A DNA stretch of 64,000 nt, from IMG/VR virus record IMGVR_UViG_2695420886_000004; one strand, 5' to 3'. Under the pieces are notes generated by a model. The model did no database searches. It saw nothing but the letters and a program-made list of their open reading frames with translations, and was not told the DNA's origin. Made by a program: the position numbers and the translations under genes. The stretch is from a virus. Shown here one piece after another: positions 1 through 9,206 of the stretch (the stretch's first letter is position 1; the number at the start of each line of letters is the position of its first letter).

Positions 1-136
1 GCTGCTGATCTGTCCGGAGTTGGCCCCACTTCACGCCGGGGGCACCGTCCAGGGTGCGCCCGCGGTCCCGGTGGGGGCTACTGCGACCGAAGAGGGAGAG
101 CAATTTGGCATTGCTTTCGCAACGCTGCGCGCCGCC

Positions 137-292
137 ATGCGTACTGACATCCAGAGCGATGAAACGGATCAGCTTCGCGCGTCGGGGCGGAACCTGCCGC
201 CCGGATGGTGGATCCTGCCCGCGATCATTCTTGGCGCCGCGATGTGGATTGGCGCGGCGCTGGCCATCAGCGATGTTGCGGGGTGGCTGTGA
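137..292 (+). CDS. small membrane peptide (PGWW motif)
   Basis: LPPGWWILPAIILGAAMW hydrophobic stretch; similar to 36067..36177; stop overlaps next ATG; start uncertain. Confidence 0.5.
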   Translation: MRTDIQSDETDQLRASGRNLPPGWWILPAIILGAAMWIGAALAISDVAGWL

Positions 293-525
293 TGACCGAT
301 TTTCCTGCCGAATACCGCGCCCCCGAAGCCACCACCGACAAAGTCGGGCGCGGCGGGCGCCGGAGCATCCTCCCCACCCTGCTCCGGCGCCTCAAACTTT
401 TCTCCGATTGGCTCGACGGCTGTTGGGTCGGCGATGTGCTCGGCGCGGCGACGATCCTGACCTTCATGCTGATCATTCCCGTTTTTCTTCCCCTGATCTT
501 CGAGGTGCTCCACCATGCAAACTGA
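292..525 (+). CDS. small membrane protein (WVGDxLGA motif)
   Basis: C-terminal TM helix; similar to 35939..36070; TGATG coupling. Confidence 0.6.
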   Translation: MTDFPAEYRAPEATTDKVGRGGRRSILPTLLRRLKLFSDWLDGCWVGDVLGAATILTFMLIIPVFLPLIFEVLHHAN

Positions 526-808
526 TGTTCTGAGTGACGAAACCCGCCCGGCCGACATGGCGCCGCGGGCGCGGATGTCGGTGATCCGGCGGCTGACGAA
601 GGCCGCGAATGACGCCGCGGTCGAAGCCGGGCGCAGCCAGGCGGATGCCGACCAGATGCAGCCGGATGATCCGCGCATGTGGGCTGTGCTCGATCGGGCT
701 GACGGTCTGTGGGTCTCGCATGACCAGATCGTGACCGAGCTGCTGGAGTGCCTGCATCAGGCCGAGCTGGCCGGGGATCTGGCGGTCTGCGAAGCGGCGC
801 TGGGGTGA
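515..808 (+). CDS. hypothetical phage early protein
   Basis: 97-aa ORF overlapping upstream gene in operon. Confidence 0.55.
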   Translation: MQTDVLSDETRPADMAPRARMSVIRRLTKAANDAAVEAGRSQADADQMQPDDPRMWAVLDRADGLWVSHDQIVTELLECLHQAELAGDLAVCEAALG

Positions 809-813
809 CACAG

Positions 814-1143
814 ATGGTTGGCATGGCAGACTACGCCCGCCCCGGCTGTTATCGGGTGCAGCATCTGTCCGGCATGGGCTATGTGGTGCTGGACCCCAGC
901 GGACAGGTGATCCGGGACAGCCAGACCCCCTTCAAGATTCGAGCGGAACAGCAGCGCGACGCGCTGCAGCGCGAGGCCGACCAGAAGGCGAAACGGTTCG
1001 ATCGACCCTGCCTGTGCTGCCAGCGGGTTTTCGCGTCAGCGGGCATCCATAACAGGATGTGCGATGCGTGCCGTCGGCAGAGCAATGCTCTTGCGGACGA
1101 GGTGCGCCCGTCGCTGCCGCGTGCCCGCGGCGGGAGGTCGTGA
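814..1143 (+). CDS. Zn-finger protein
   Basis: RPCLCC...F.S.G..NRMCDAC Cys motif; coupled to ParB start. Confidence 0.65.
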   Translation: MVGMADYARPGCYRVQHLSGMGYVVLDPSGQVIRDSQTPFKIRAEQQRDALQREADQKAKRFDRPCLCCQRVFASAGIHNRMCDACRRQSNALADEVRPSLPRARGGRS

Positions 1144-2024
1144 TGGCGCCCTCCAATCGGCTTGAGAAAGTGCACGTTGCGGAGATCGTGGTCGGTCAGC
1201 GGTTGCGTCCGGTGACCGAGGCCGGGGTGCAAAGCCTGCTGGCCTCGATCGCGGAAACCGGGGTCATGAAGGACCCGATCCATACGCGGAAGAAAAAGGA
1301 CGGCAGCCTGCACCTGATTGCGGGCGGGCACCGGTTGGAAACGGCGCGGCGTCGCGGCACCGAATGGATCGACGCGTGGGTTTGGACCGGGGTCACCGAC
1401 GACTGGGCGCGGTTGATGGAGATCGACGACAACCTGGCGGGCGCGGAGATGAACGCGCTCGACACGGCGGTGTTCCTGGCCACCCGCAAGGAAGTCTATG
1501 AGCGGATCCATCCGCAGGCCAAGGCGGCTACCGGCGCGGCGCTTGCCGCGAAACGCTGGAGTGCGGCGGACACGATGTCCGTCGCAAGCTTCGCCGCCTC
1601 GACCGCCGAGAAATTCGGGATGACGGACCGCCATGTGCGGCGCCTGATCGAGGCAGGAGCGAAGCTCGGCCCCGACGAAGTGGCGAAGCTGCGCGCGGCG
1701 CCGCGCGCGGTGACGCTGAAGGATTTGACCGAGATCGCCAAGATCGGCCCTGCGCCGGAGCGCTATGACGTGGTGGCCCGTCTGGCCGAAGGCCGGGCGA
1801 AATCGGCGGCTGACGCGCGCCGCGCGCTGCGCCTTGAACGGGAGGGTGAAGCCCCCGTTCAAGACCCGGCTGATCAGCAGTTCTTGGCGCTGCAGGCGGC
1901 GTGGAACCGGGCCGGAGCGAAGGCGCGTACCAAGTTCGTCGATGCCAACGGCACCCGTCTGATCGAGATGCTGGGCCTGCAGCTGGGCGTCGAAATGCCC
2001 GCGCGCCAGGAGGCCGCAGAATGA
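1143..2024 (+). CDS. ParB N-terminal domain protein
   Basis: GQRLRPV...LIAGGHRLE ParB box, EIDDNL motif, HTH-like middle; ATGA overlap with MuA. Confidence 0.85.
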   Translation: MAPSNRLEKVHVAEIVVGQRLRPVTEAGVQSLLASIAETGVMKDPIHTRKKKDGSLHLIAGGHRLETARRRGTEWIDAWVWTGVTDDWARLMEIDDNLAGAEMNALDTAVFLATRKEVYERIHPQAKAATGAALAAKRWSAADTMSVASFAASTAEKFGMTDRHVRRLIEAGAKLGPDEVAKLRAAPRAVTLKDLTEIAKIGPAPERYDVVARLAEGRAKSAADARRALRLEREGEAPVQDPADQQFLALQAAWNRAGAKARTKFVDANGTRLIEMLGLQLGVEMPARQEAAE

Positions 2025-4141
2025 CGCAAGCAACCCCCGACCGCGAATGGTGGACGGCCGAGGCCCTGGCGGCGGCGGGCCTGCCCGATGTGCCGACGAG
2101 CCAGAAGGGCGTCGATCTGCTCGCAAAGCGTCTCGACTGGCGGGCGCATCCGACCTATGCGCGCCGCCGCGCTGGCCGCGGGGGTGGCTGGGAATATCAC
2201 TGGAAGCTGTTGCCGGTGCGGGCGCAGGCAGCACTGCTGAAGGCGGCGAATGCGCCCCATCACGCCCCGGCGCCGCAGCGGGCGCGGGGCGAGGTCTGGT
2301 CCTGGTATGACGGTCTGCCGGAGGCGGTGAAGGCGCAGGCGGCGGCGCGGCTGGCGGTGATCCAGAAGGTCGAGGCGCTGGAGGCCCCTATGGGCAAGGC
2401 GCTGGCGGTCGATACGGTGGCGGCTGAGGCCGATGTGGCGGCGCGCACGATCTGGAACTGGTTCGAGATGATCGAGGGCGTCGATCCGGCAGACCGGCTG
2501 GCCTATCTGGCGCCGCGCCATCGCGCCGCCGAGGCGAAGCGCGAGCGGGCGGAGTGCAGTCAGGAGTTTCTGGACTGGTTGAAGGCGGATTACCTGCGGG
2601 TGGACGGCGGCAGTTTCAAGGCCTGCTACGACCGGGTCAAGGCGCTTTGCAAGACGCGGGGCCTCAAGGTGCTTGCGGATCGCACGGCGCGGCGCTGGAT
2701 GGATGCGAACGTGCCGCGCGTGACGCAGGTCTATGCCCGCGAGGGGCTGAAGGGGCTGGAGAAGTGCTTCCCGCCGCAGATCCGGGATCGCTCGACGATG
2801 GTCGCGCTCGAAGGCGTCAACGCGGACTGCCACAAGATCGACGTCTTCGTGCAATGGCCCGGCATCGACAAGCCGGTGCGTCCGCAGATCGTCGCGTTTC
2901 AGGATCTCTATTCGAACAAGATCCTGTCCTGGCGCGTCGATCTGGACCCCAACAAGGTCGCGGTCATGTCCGCCTTTGGCGAGCTGATCGAGACTTGGGG
3001 CATTCCGCGGCACTGTCTTTTCGACAACGGCCACGAGTTTGCGAACAAATGGCTGACCGGCGGCACGCCGACCCGGTTCCGTTTCACGGTTCGGGATGAT
3101 GACGCGCTTGGAGTGCTGCCGCAAATGGGCATCCAGGTGCATTGGGCCACCCCTGCGCATGGACAGGCCAAGCCTATCGAGCGGGCGTTCCGCGATATCG
3201 CCGATCGTCTGGCGCGGCATCCCGCCTTTGCCGGGGCCTATGTCGGCAACAAACCCACGGCGAAGCCCGAAAACTATGGGTCGCGCGCAATCCCGCTGGC
3301 TGATTTTCTGGCGATCACCGCGCAGGAGATCGCGGACCACAACGCCCGGCCTGGGCGCCTCACGCCCAATGCGAAGGGCCGCAGCTTCGACGACACCTTC
3401 GCCGAGAGCTACGGGACCGCGCCGATCCGCAAGGCGACTCCGGAACAGCACCGGCTTTGGCTGATGGGACAGGAAGTCTGCACGTTGCATCGCACCCATG
3501 GGGCGCTGGCGCTGTTCAAGAACAGCTACTGGGCGGATTGGATGAACGAATTCGCCGGTCAGAAGGTTGTGGCGCGGTTTGACCCGGAGAACCTGCATGC
3601 GGGCCTGTGGATCTACACGCTGGCTGGAGAATTCCTTGGCGAAGCCGAGTGCCGCGAGAAGGTCGGTTTCTTCGACCTGGTCGGGGCACGCCTGCATGCG
3701 AAAGCGAAGGCGCAACGTCGCCGGGCCGAGAAGGAGCTGCTGAAAGCGCAGCTGCCGGTATCGGTCGAAGCCTTGGTCGCCGAGCTGGCGACGGTACCCG
3801 CGCCCGAAACGCCGCTGATCGAGGCCAAGGTGGTGGATATCGCCCCCGTCCGGCACCGCAAGGTGATGACGATGGAGCGCAGCCTGCCTGTTCCGGACAC
3901 GTCGCGCGACGCTGAACTGCGGGTGCTGCAGGTCGATTTCACCGCGCCGCGTCCGGCAGCCGAACCGGAAGAAACCGACGTCACCAGGTTCTGGCGGGTG
4001 ATCGACATCGAGCGGCGGTCCGAGGCTGGAGAGCCGATCTCGGCCGAGGATGCAGATTTTTACGAGCGCATGCAGCGCCATCCGATCTACCGCGCCCAGA
4101 GGGCGATGTTTGATCGGGATGGGGACGCGGCGATCGGCTGA
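2021..4141 (+). CDS. Mu-like transposase A (DDE)
   Basis: N-terminal Mu HTH (RRRAGRGGGWEY); catalytic NADCH, FDNGHEF, KPIERAF. Confidence 0.95.
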   Translation: MTQATPDREWWTAEALAAAGLPDVPTSQKGVDLLAKRLDWRAHPTYARRRAGRGGGWEYHWKLLPVRAQAALLKAANAPHHAPAPQRARGEVWSWYDGLPEAVKAQAAARLAVIQKVEALEAPMGKALAVDTVAAEADVAARTIWNWFEMIEGVDPADRLAYLAPRHRAAEAKRERAECSQEFLDWLKADYLRVDGGSFKACYDRVKALCKTRGLKVLADRTARRWMDANVPRVTQVYAREGLKGLEKCFPPQIRDRSTMVALEGVNADCHKIDVFVQWPGIDKPVRPQIVAFQDLYSNKILSWRVDLDPNKVAVMSAFGELIETWGIPRHCLFDNGHEFANKWLTGGTPTRFRFTVRDDDALGVLPQMGIQVHWATPAHGQAKPIERAFRDIADRLARHPAFAGAYVGNKPTAKPENYGSRAIPLADFLAITAQEIADHNARPGRLTPNAKGRSFDDTFAESYGTAPIRKATPEQHRLWLMGQEVCTLHRTHGALALFKNSYWADWMNEFAGQKVVARFDPENLHAGLWIYTLAGEFLGEAECREKVGFFDLVGARLHAKAKAQRRRAEKELLKAQLPVSVEALVAELATVPAPETPLIEAKVVDIAPVRHRKVMTMERSLPVPDTSRDAELRVLQVDFTAPRPAAEPEETDVTRFWRVIDIERRSEAGEPISAEDADFYERMQRHPIYRAQRAMFDRDGDAAIG

Positions 4142-4185
4142 CGAACACCGCTGTTTGCACGGCGGCTGGAAGATGAGGAGAGAGC

Positions 4186-4941
4186 ATGTTGGACGACATC
4201 AAGAAGGCCAAGACCATCGCGAATGTGGCCCCCCTGCGCAACGTCATGCTGTTGGGGGCGGCCATCCAGCAGCTGCGGGATCGCGATCCTGACTTGCCGG
4301 GGATGGGCTGCTTCCACGGATTTTCGGGTTACGGAAAATCCAGCGCGGCCATCTACAACGCGCAGGTTTATAACGCCTGCTGGGTCGAGGTCAAATCGGT
4401 CTGGACGCGCAAAGTGCTGGTGACGAAGATCGTCAAAGCGCTTGGCATGGAGCCGAGTGGGCAGATCAGCGACATGGTCGAGCAGATCGGCGAGGAGCTG
4501 GCAAAATCCGGCCGCCCGCTGCTGATCGACGAGGCCCACAAGCTCTGCCGTGATGACATGATGGGCGTGATCCACGACATCTACATCAGCTCGTTTGGCA
4601 GCGCGATGATCCTGATCGGGGAGGAGGTCCTGCCCCAGCGGCTGCGCCGTTGGGAGCGTGTCCACAACAGGATCGGCGCCTGGCCCGCGGCGCAACCCGC
4701 AGATCTGCGCGAGACCAGGGTGCTGGCTCAGCTCAAGCAGCCGCAGCTGACCCTGCCGGATGACGTGCTGCAAGTCGTGCTCGAAAAGTCCGCCGCGAAC
4801 TTTCGGCGTGTTGTGGCCAACCTCAACCAGGTCAATCTGTATTCGCTGACCTCCGGCCGGTCCGAAATCACCATGGCTGACGTCCCGAAGATCGAATTCT
4901 TCTTGGGCGAGGCGCCGACTCCGCGGAGGGGCATGGCATGA
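4186..4941 (+). CDS. MuB-like AAA+ transposition ATPase
   Basis: Walker A GFSGYGKS, Walker B LLIDEA; follows transposase. Confidence 0.92.
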   Translation: MLDDIKKAKTIANVAPLRNVMLLGAAIQQLRDRDPDLPGMGCFHGFSGYGKSSAAIYNAQVYNACWVEVKSVWTRKVLVTKIVKALGMEPSGQISDMVEQIGEELAKSGRPLLIDEAHKLCRDDMMGVIHDIYISSFGSAMILIGEEVLPQRLRRWERVHNRIGAWPAAQPADLRETRVLAQLKQPQLTLPDDVLQVVLEKSAANFRRVVANLNQVNLYSLTSGRSEITMADVPKIEFFLGEAPTPRRGMA

Positions 4942-5525
4942 CGCGCGCTTCGTTCACGGGGCGGCGCCCGGCCGATCAGGTCGGTGCCGGTCGGCAGGAA
5001 ATGTGGCTGGCGATGAAAGCCAACCCGAAGGAGATCACGACCAAGGCCATCGTCGAAGCCACCGGGCTCGGAAAATCGTCGGTGCTGCGGTATCTGAAAG
5101 CGTTGACCACTGCCGGTTACCTGGAGGCCCGGGAAACCGAAAATGGGCAACAGGGGTGTTGGGAGCTGATCCTTGACACTGGCTATCACGCTCCGCGGCT
5201 GCGCCCGGATGGCAGCAAAGTCACCCACGGCGAGAACTACGAGCAGCTGTGGCGCGGCATGTATATGCTCAAGACCTTCAGCGCCCGGGACCTGATCCAG
5301 CACGCCAGTGTCGAGATCCGCGAGTCGACGGCGCGCGACTACTGCAAGCGGCTGCTGGCGGCGGGCTATCTGCAGGTCAAGACCAAGGCGGATCCGCACC
5401 GCTCATTGCTGGCCACCTATCGACTGATCCGCCACCGCGGCCCCAAAGCGCCGCAGATCCAGCGCGTGCAACAGGTCTACGACCCGAATTCGCGCGAGGT
5501 CTTTGCGCTTGGGGGTGGCAAATGA
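4938..5525 (+). CDS. winged-helix DNA-binding early protein
   Basis: Two HTH-like segments; homolog at 39439..40032 (GPKxPQIQRVxQVxDPN). Confidence 0.75.
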   Translation: MTRASFTGRRPADQVGAGRQEMWLAMKANPKEITTKAIVEATGLGKSSVLRYLKALTTAGYLEARETENGQQGCWELILDTGYHAPRLRPDGSKVTHGENYEQLWRGMYMLKTFSARDLIQHASVEIRESTARDYCKRLLAAGYLQVKTKADPHRSLLATYRLIRHRGPKAPQIQRVQQVYDPNSREVFALGGGK

Positions 5526-5893
5526 GCGGCCCGGTAGAAACGGCTCGCGAGCATTGGGGCGCGGATATGCCGGATTGGGTGTCCCTGCTGGCTGCACAAT
5601 GCGCGGAATCGAGCCAGAACAAGGTGGCGAAGCGGCTGAACCGCTCGGCCGCTCTGGTCTCGGCCGTGCTGCGCAACCGCTACGAGGGCGACATGGGCGC
5701 CGTCGAGGAAGTCGTGCGCGGCGTCTTCGAGCTGGCCACGGTCAGCTGCCCGGCGCAGGGCGAGCTGCAGACGAACCTCTGCCGCGACTTCCAGCTGGCG
5801 GCGCGGAAATACTCTGACATCAACAGCGAGATGATCCGGATGTATCGCGCCTGCAACAGCTGCCCGCGGTATCGCGCCGAGGGCCCGAAATGA
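5522..5893 (+). CDS. HTH plus Cys-motif early protein
   Basis: SQNKVAKRLNRSAALVS HTH, conserved Cys; homolog at 40032..40397. Confidence 0.72.
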   Translation: MSGPVETAREHWGADMPDWVSLLAAQCAESSQNKVAKRLNRSAALVSAVLRNRYEGDMGAVEEVVRGVFELATVSCPAQGELQTNLCRDFQLAARKYSDINSEMIRMYRACNSCPRYRAEGPK

Positions 5894-6360
5894 CCAAGGT
5901 CCTTGTTGATGCGGTCCGGGCCTGCCTCTCGATTTACCGCGAGCCGACGGCCGCCGAGGTGTCGCTGTGGGTTCTGGCGCTGCAGCCGTTCGAGCCCGTT
6001 GCCGAGGCAGCCCTGGCAGAGTGGGTGCGCAGCAACGACGCCGCGCCGACGCCCGCCGCCATTGTGCGGTTGATCGCGGCGCGGCGCCAACCGACCAAGA
6101 TGCGCTCGATCGCGGAGCTGGTGGCTGTGCAGCATGGCGTGACGTTCGCCGAACTGGTCGGGCCGATGAAGCCGCCGCATCTGGTGGCCGCGCGCCGGGA
6201 CGCAGTGGGCCGGATGAGGGCAGAGGGTTTTTCGACTGCGCAGATCGGGCGCGCGTTGAATCGCGACGCCAGCTCGATCCGCCATCTTGCCCAGCAATTC
6301 GCCGCGCGCTGTCACGACGATGGCCGCCTGAATGACAGCGGGTGCCAGGATGTCGCGTGA
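5890..6360 (+). CDS. protein with DnaA C-terminal-like HTH
   Basis: HGVTFAELVGP..PHLVAARRDAV....EGFSTAQIGRALNRDASSI resembles DnaA domain IV pattern. Confidence 0.65.
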   Translation: MTKVLVDAVRACLSIYREPTAAEVSLWVLALQPFEPVAEAALAEWVRSNDAAPTPAAIVRLIAARRQPTKMRSIAELVAVQHGVTFAELVGPMKPPHLVAARRDAVGRMRAEGFSTAQIGRALNRDASSIRHLAQQFAARCHDDGRLNDSGCQDVA

Positions 6361-6571
6361 TCCCGCCCCGATGGAAGACCGCCAGATGATCGAGCTTGCC
6401 GCCCGCGCCGTCGGGCGCATCGACAGCGAGGGTCTGCGCGGCGTGACGCTGGTCTCGACCGAGCAGATCTGGGCCATGGCGCTGACGCTGGTGCGCCTTG
6501 GCCTTGTGGCCGTGCCGCCCGGGGAGCCGACCCCGGATGTGCTGATCGTGTCGCCCCCGACCAACCCCTGA
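6350..6571 (+). CDS. conserved hypothetical early protein
   Basis: Homolog at 40636..40869 (RGVTLVS). Confidence 0.65.
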   Translation: MSRDPAPMEDRQMIELAARAVGRIDSEGLRGVTLVSTEQIWAMALTLVRLGLVAVPPGEPTPDVLIVSPPTNP

Positions 6572-6586
6572 ACCAAGGAGAGCAAG

Positions 6587-7249
6587 ATGGCTCGCATCGA
6601 AACCAAATTTGAACCGCACCCGGTGCCCACGGGCATTATCGAGGCGAATGGCAACCAGTACATGGCCGATGGCAAAGGCGGCCTGCGGGCGGTGGAAAAC
6701 ATCCCGCCGATGAAGAAGCTGCAAGACGAGCAGGTGCGAAAGATCTTCGGGTTTGCGCATGCTTTGGCTGCCCAGATCGCGCGTTTCAAGGGCCACGTCT
6801 ACGAAGATCTCGGTTCGCTCGACGCGCTGATGATGCAGGAATACGGGCTGAAGGTGGGCGGCCCGAAGGGCAACCGCACCTATGCGACGTTCGACGGGCT
6901 GATGAAGATCGAGGTCCGCATTCAGGATCGCATTGTCTATGGCCCGGAAATGCAGGTGGCCAAGGCCCTGTTCGACAAGGTGCTGAACGAACGTGCGGCG
7001 GGGGCCGATCCGCTGATCCGGTCGATCATCACCAGTGCCTTCGACACCGACAAGGAGGGCCAGATCAACCGGGCGAACGTGTTCGTGCTGCTCAACGTGA
7101 AGGACGAAGATCCCGACTTCAAGCGGGGGCAGGATGCGATCCGCGATGCGATGTATGTCATCGGCTCGAAGAGCTATCTGCGCTTCCAGTTCCGCGATGC
7201 CTATGACGCGCCCTGGCAAACGCTGACCATCGATCTGGCGAGCGCGTGA
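6587..7249 (+). CDS. DUF3164 family Mu-like protein
   Basis: GGPKGNRTY..FDGLMKIEVR; homolog at 40862..41512. Confidence 0.85.
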   Translation: MARIETKFEPHPVPTGIIEANGNQYMADGKGGLRAVENIPPMKKLQDEQVRKIFGFAHALAAQIARFKGHVYEDLGSLDALMMQEYGLKVGGPKGNRTYATFDGLMKIEVRIQDRIVYGPEMQVAKALFDKVLNERAAGADPLIRSIITSAFDTDKEGQINRANVFVLLNVKDEDPDFKRGQDAIRDAMYVIGSKSYLRFQFRDAYDAPWQTLTIDLASA

Positions 7250-7259
7250 GGGGGCGGGC

Positions 7260-7526
7260 ATGTTCATCCTTTCGCCTCTCGACGAGGGCACGCGCCTGAA
7301 GTCCTACTCTGCGACCGTTCGGGGCACGGCCTCGGTGATCAAGATCGAGATCGAATGCTCCGACCACGACGAATTCAGCTGGCGGCTTCGCGCGCTTGCC
7401 GAGATCGAAGCGGAGCAGAAGGCGCAGAAAGCTGCCAAGGCGAAACCCCGCAAGGCCGCGCCGCCGCGGTTGGCGCTGCCCGCCCCGGTCAAGGCGTTGC
7501 CGCCCCCGAAAGGTGGTGAAGCATGA
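7260..7526 (+). CDS. conserved hypothetical protein
   Basis: MFILS..DE.TRLxSYSAT; homolog at 42383..42592. Confidence 0.7.
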   Translation: MFILSPLDEGTRLKSYSATVRGTASVIKIEIECSDHDEFSWRLRALAEIEAEQKAQKAAKAKPRKAAPPRLALPAPVKALPPPKGGEA

Positions 7527-7621
7527 AAGGCTGGTGTTGGGTCTGCCGTCGCACCGAGGTCCAGCCGGACGGTTGGTGCCGCAAATGCGGCAACTGGCAC
7601 GCGAAAGGCGGTGACGCATGA
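7523..7621 (+). CDS. 32-aa Zn-finger microprotein
   Basis: MKGWCWVCRRTEVQPDGWCRKCGNWHAKGGDA; ATGA overlaps at both ends. Confidence 0.55.
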   Translation: MKGWCWVCRRTEVQPDGWCRKCGNWHAKGGDA

Positions 7622-7836
7622 CCGAGAAACTGCACCCCGGCATGCCGATCCATCAGCGCATCGCTCTGATCGCCGAGGCGCTTGCCGTGGTGCTGAACCG
7701 CGGCCCGCTGATGGAAATCGGAGGCACCGGAAATGGCGATGGGCAATTCGTTTGGGTCAGGGGCCCGGGCGAAAAGGACATGGATACCGGCATCCATGTG
7801 GATGAGATCGCCCGCGAATTGGAGGTGCTGCTGTGA
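7618..7836 (+). CDS. hypothetical protein
   Basis: 72-aa ORF coupled to both neighbours. Confidence 0.6.
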   Translation: MTEKLHPGMPIHQRIALIAEALAVVLNRGPLMEIGGTGNGDGQFVWVRGPGEKDMDTGIHVDEIARELEVLL

Positions 7837-8177
7837 TCGCGAAGTGGCGCTGTCAGCTGGCATGGGGCAATCCCTACACTGCGCCGCCGTCCGGCATGCC
7901 GCGCATCCGCATGGCGGTGCTGTGCGATCGACCACACCCGATCCCTGACGAGATCCTGCAGGCGTGGATCCCGGGGGATGGCTGGGCCGTCCATTGGGTG
8001 ATGATCGAGCAGCGCCCCATCCGCCGGTGGAGCCAGGAGGCGCGGGCCAGAGTTCGCCAAGGCAACCTGCGCAAGCGCATGCAAAAGAATTTCCCCCTCT
8101 TCGCGGAGGATTTCATCGCGGCCGAGCTTGCGGCGCGCCCCAGCTATTACGAGGGTTCCCATGACATCCGCCCTTAA
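7833..8177 (+). CDS. conserved hypothetical protein
   Basis: C-half (EQRP.RRWS...FPLFAE.FI..ELA) matches 42589..42753. Confidence 0.7.
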   Translation: MIAKWRCQLAWGNPYTAPPSGMPRIRMAVLCDRPHPIPDEILQAWIPGDGWAVHWVMIEQRPIRRWSQEARARVRQGNLRKRMQKNFPLFAEDFIAAELAARPSYYEGSHDIRP

Positions 8178-8634
8178 TCTTCAGCGCATGATCCATGTCG
8201 GCTGCAAGCAGCTCGGGCTGGACGAGGACACGCGGCACGATCTGCAGCTTGTCGTCACCGGCAAGGCCAGCATGGCCGAGATGACCGAGGCGGAGCTTGT
8301 CCGCGTCGTCGATGCGCTCAAGGCGCGCGGGTTTCAACCCTTCGGCAAAGCCGCGTTCAAGGGCCGTAAAAGCGGCGTGAAGGCTGCTGTGAAGCCCGCC
8401 GCGTCGCGCGCCGATCTGCGCTTTGTGCATGTGCTGTGGCGCAAGCTTGGCGAGGCCGGGGCGGCGAAGAAGCCGGGCCGTGACGGGCTGAACGCCTTCA
8501 TCAGGTCGCGGTTCGAGGGCAAGTGGCAATCGGTGCCGATCGATGTCGATGCGCTGCGCGACGCCGGGCAGATCAACGACGTGATCCGGGCGCTGAAGGA
8601 CATGTGCAAGCGCGCCAATGTGGTGATCAAATGA
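8161..8634 (+). CDS. gemA: Mu gp16/GemA family protein
   Basis: IHVGCKQLGLDEDTRHDLQ..VTGKASMAEMTEAEL..V...LKARGF; homolog at 42750..43379. Confidence 0.78.
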   Translation: MTSALNLQRMIHVGCKQLGLDEDTRHDLQLVVTGKASMAEMTEAELVRVVDALKARGFQPFGKAAFKGRKSGVKAAVKPAASRADLRFVHVLWRKLGEAGAAKKPGRDGLNAFIRSRFEGKWQSVPIDVDALRDAGQINDVIRALKDMCKRANVVIK

Positions 8635-9206
8635 CCATGCTGCACACATTCCATGCGCTGCGGCCGGTGGGCGGGTTTGACCTGATCATGGCCGATCCGC
8701 CCTGGCACTATGAAATGCGCAGCGAAAAGGGCGAGGCGAAGTCCCCCCAGGCGCATTACCGCACGATGACGATCGACGCCATCAAGGCGCTGCCGGTCGA
8801 GGCGCTGGCCGCGCGCGATTGCCTGCTGTGGCTCTGGGCCGTGGGGCCGATGCTGCCCGAGGCGCTGGAGGTCATCACTGCCTGGGGCTTCCAGTTCAAG
8901 ACGCAGGGGGAATGGGCCAAGATCACGAAGGCCGGAAAGCAGCCGATCGGCCTTGGCTACATCCTGCGCAATGCCGGAGAGCCCTTTCTGATTGCGACGC
9001 GCGGCGCCCCCAAGACCACGCGCGGCGTGCGCAACGTGGTCTTCGGCGTGGCGCGCGAGCACAGCCGCAAGCCGGTCGAAGCATTTGCGGCGGCCGAGAA
9101 GCTGATGCCGCATGCGCAGCGGCTGGAGTTGTTCAGCCGGGATCGCCGCCCGGGCTGGACCAGCTGGGGCGACGAAGTCGGCAAGTTCGAGGGAGAAGTG
9201 GCATGA
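8631..9206 (+). CDS. MT-A70 family adenine methyltransferase
   Basis: ADPPW catalytic motif, LWLW, HSRKP, LELFSR. Confidence 0.9.
   Translation: MTMLHTFHALRPVGGFDLIMADPPWHYEMRSEKGEAKSPQAHYRTMTIDAIKALPVEALAARDCLLWLWAVGPMLPEALEVITAWGFQFKTQGEWAKITKAGKQPIGLGYILRNAGEPFLIATRGAPKTTRGVRNVVFGVAREHSRKPVEAFAAAEKLMPHAQRLELFSRDRRPGWTSWGDEVGKFEGEVA

Noticed and set aside
18-82. Nested hairpin at the window start
   Set aside because: Short GC-only stems are expected by chance; upstream context missing
1874-4081. Long - strand ORFs opposite phage genes (also 27830..30202, 36152..38134 and others)
   Set aside because: Shadow ORFs of GC-rich coding sequence; no motifs
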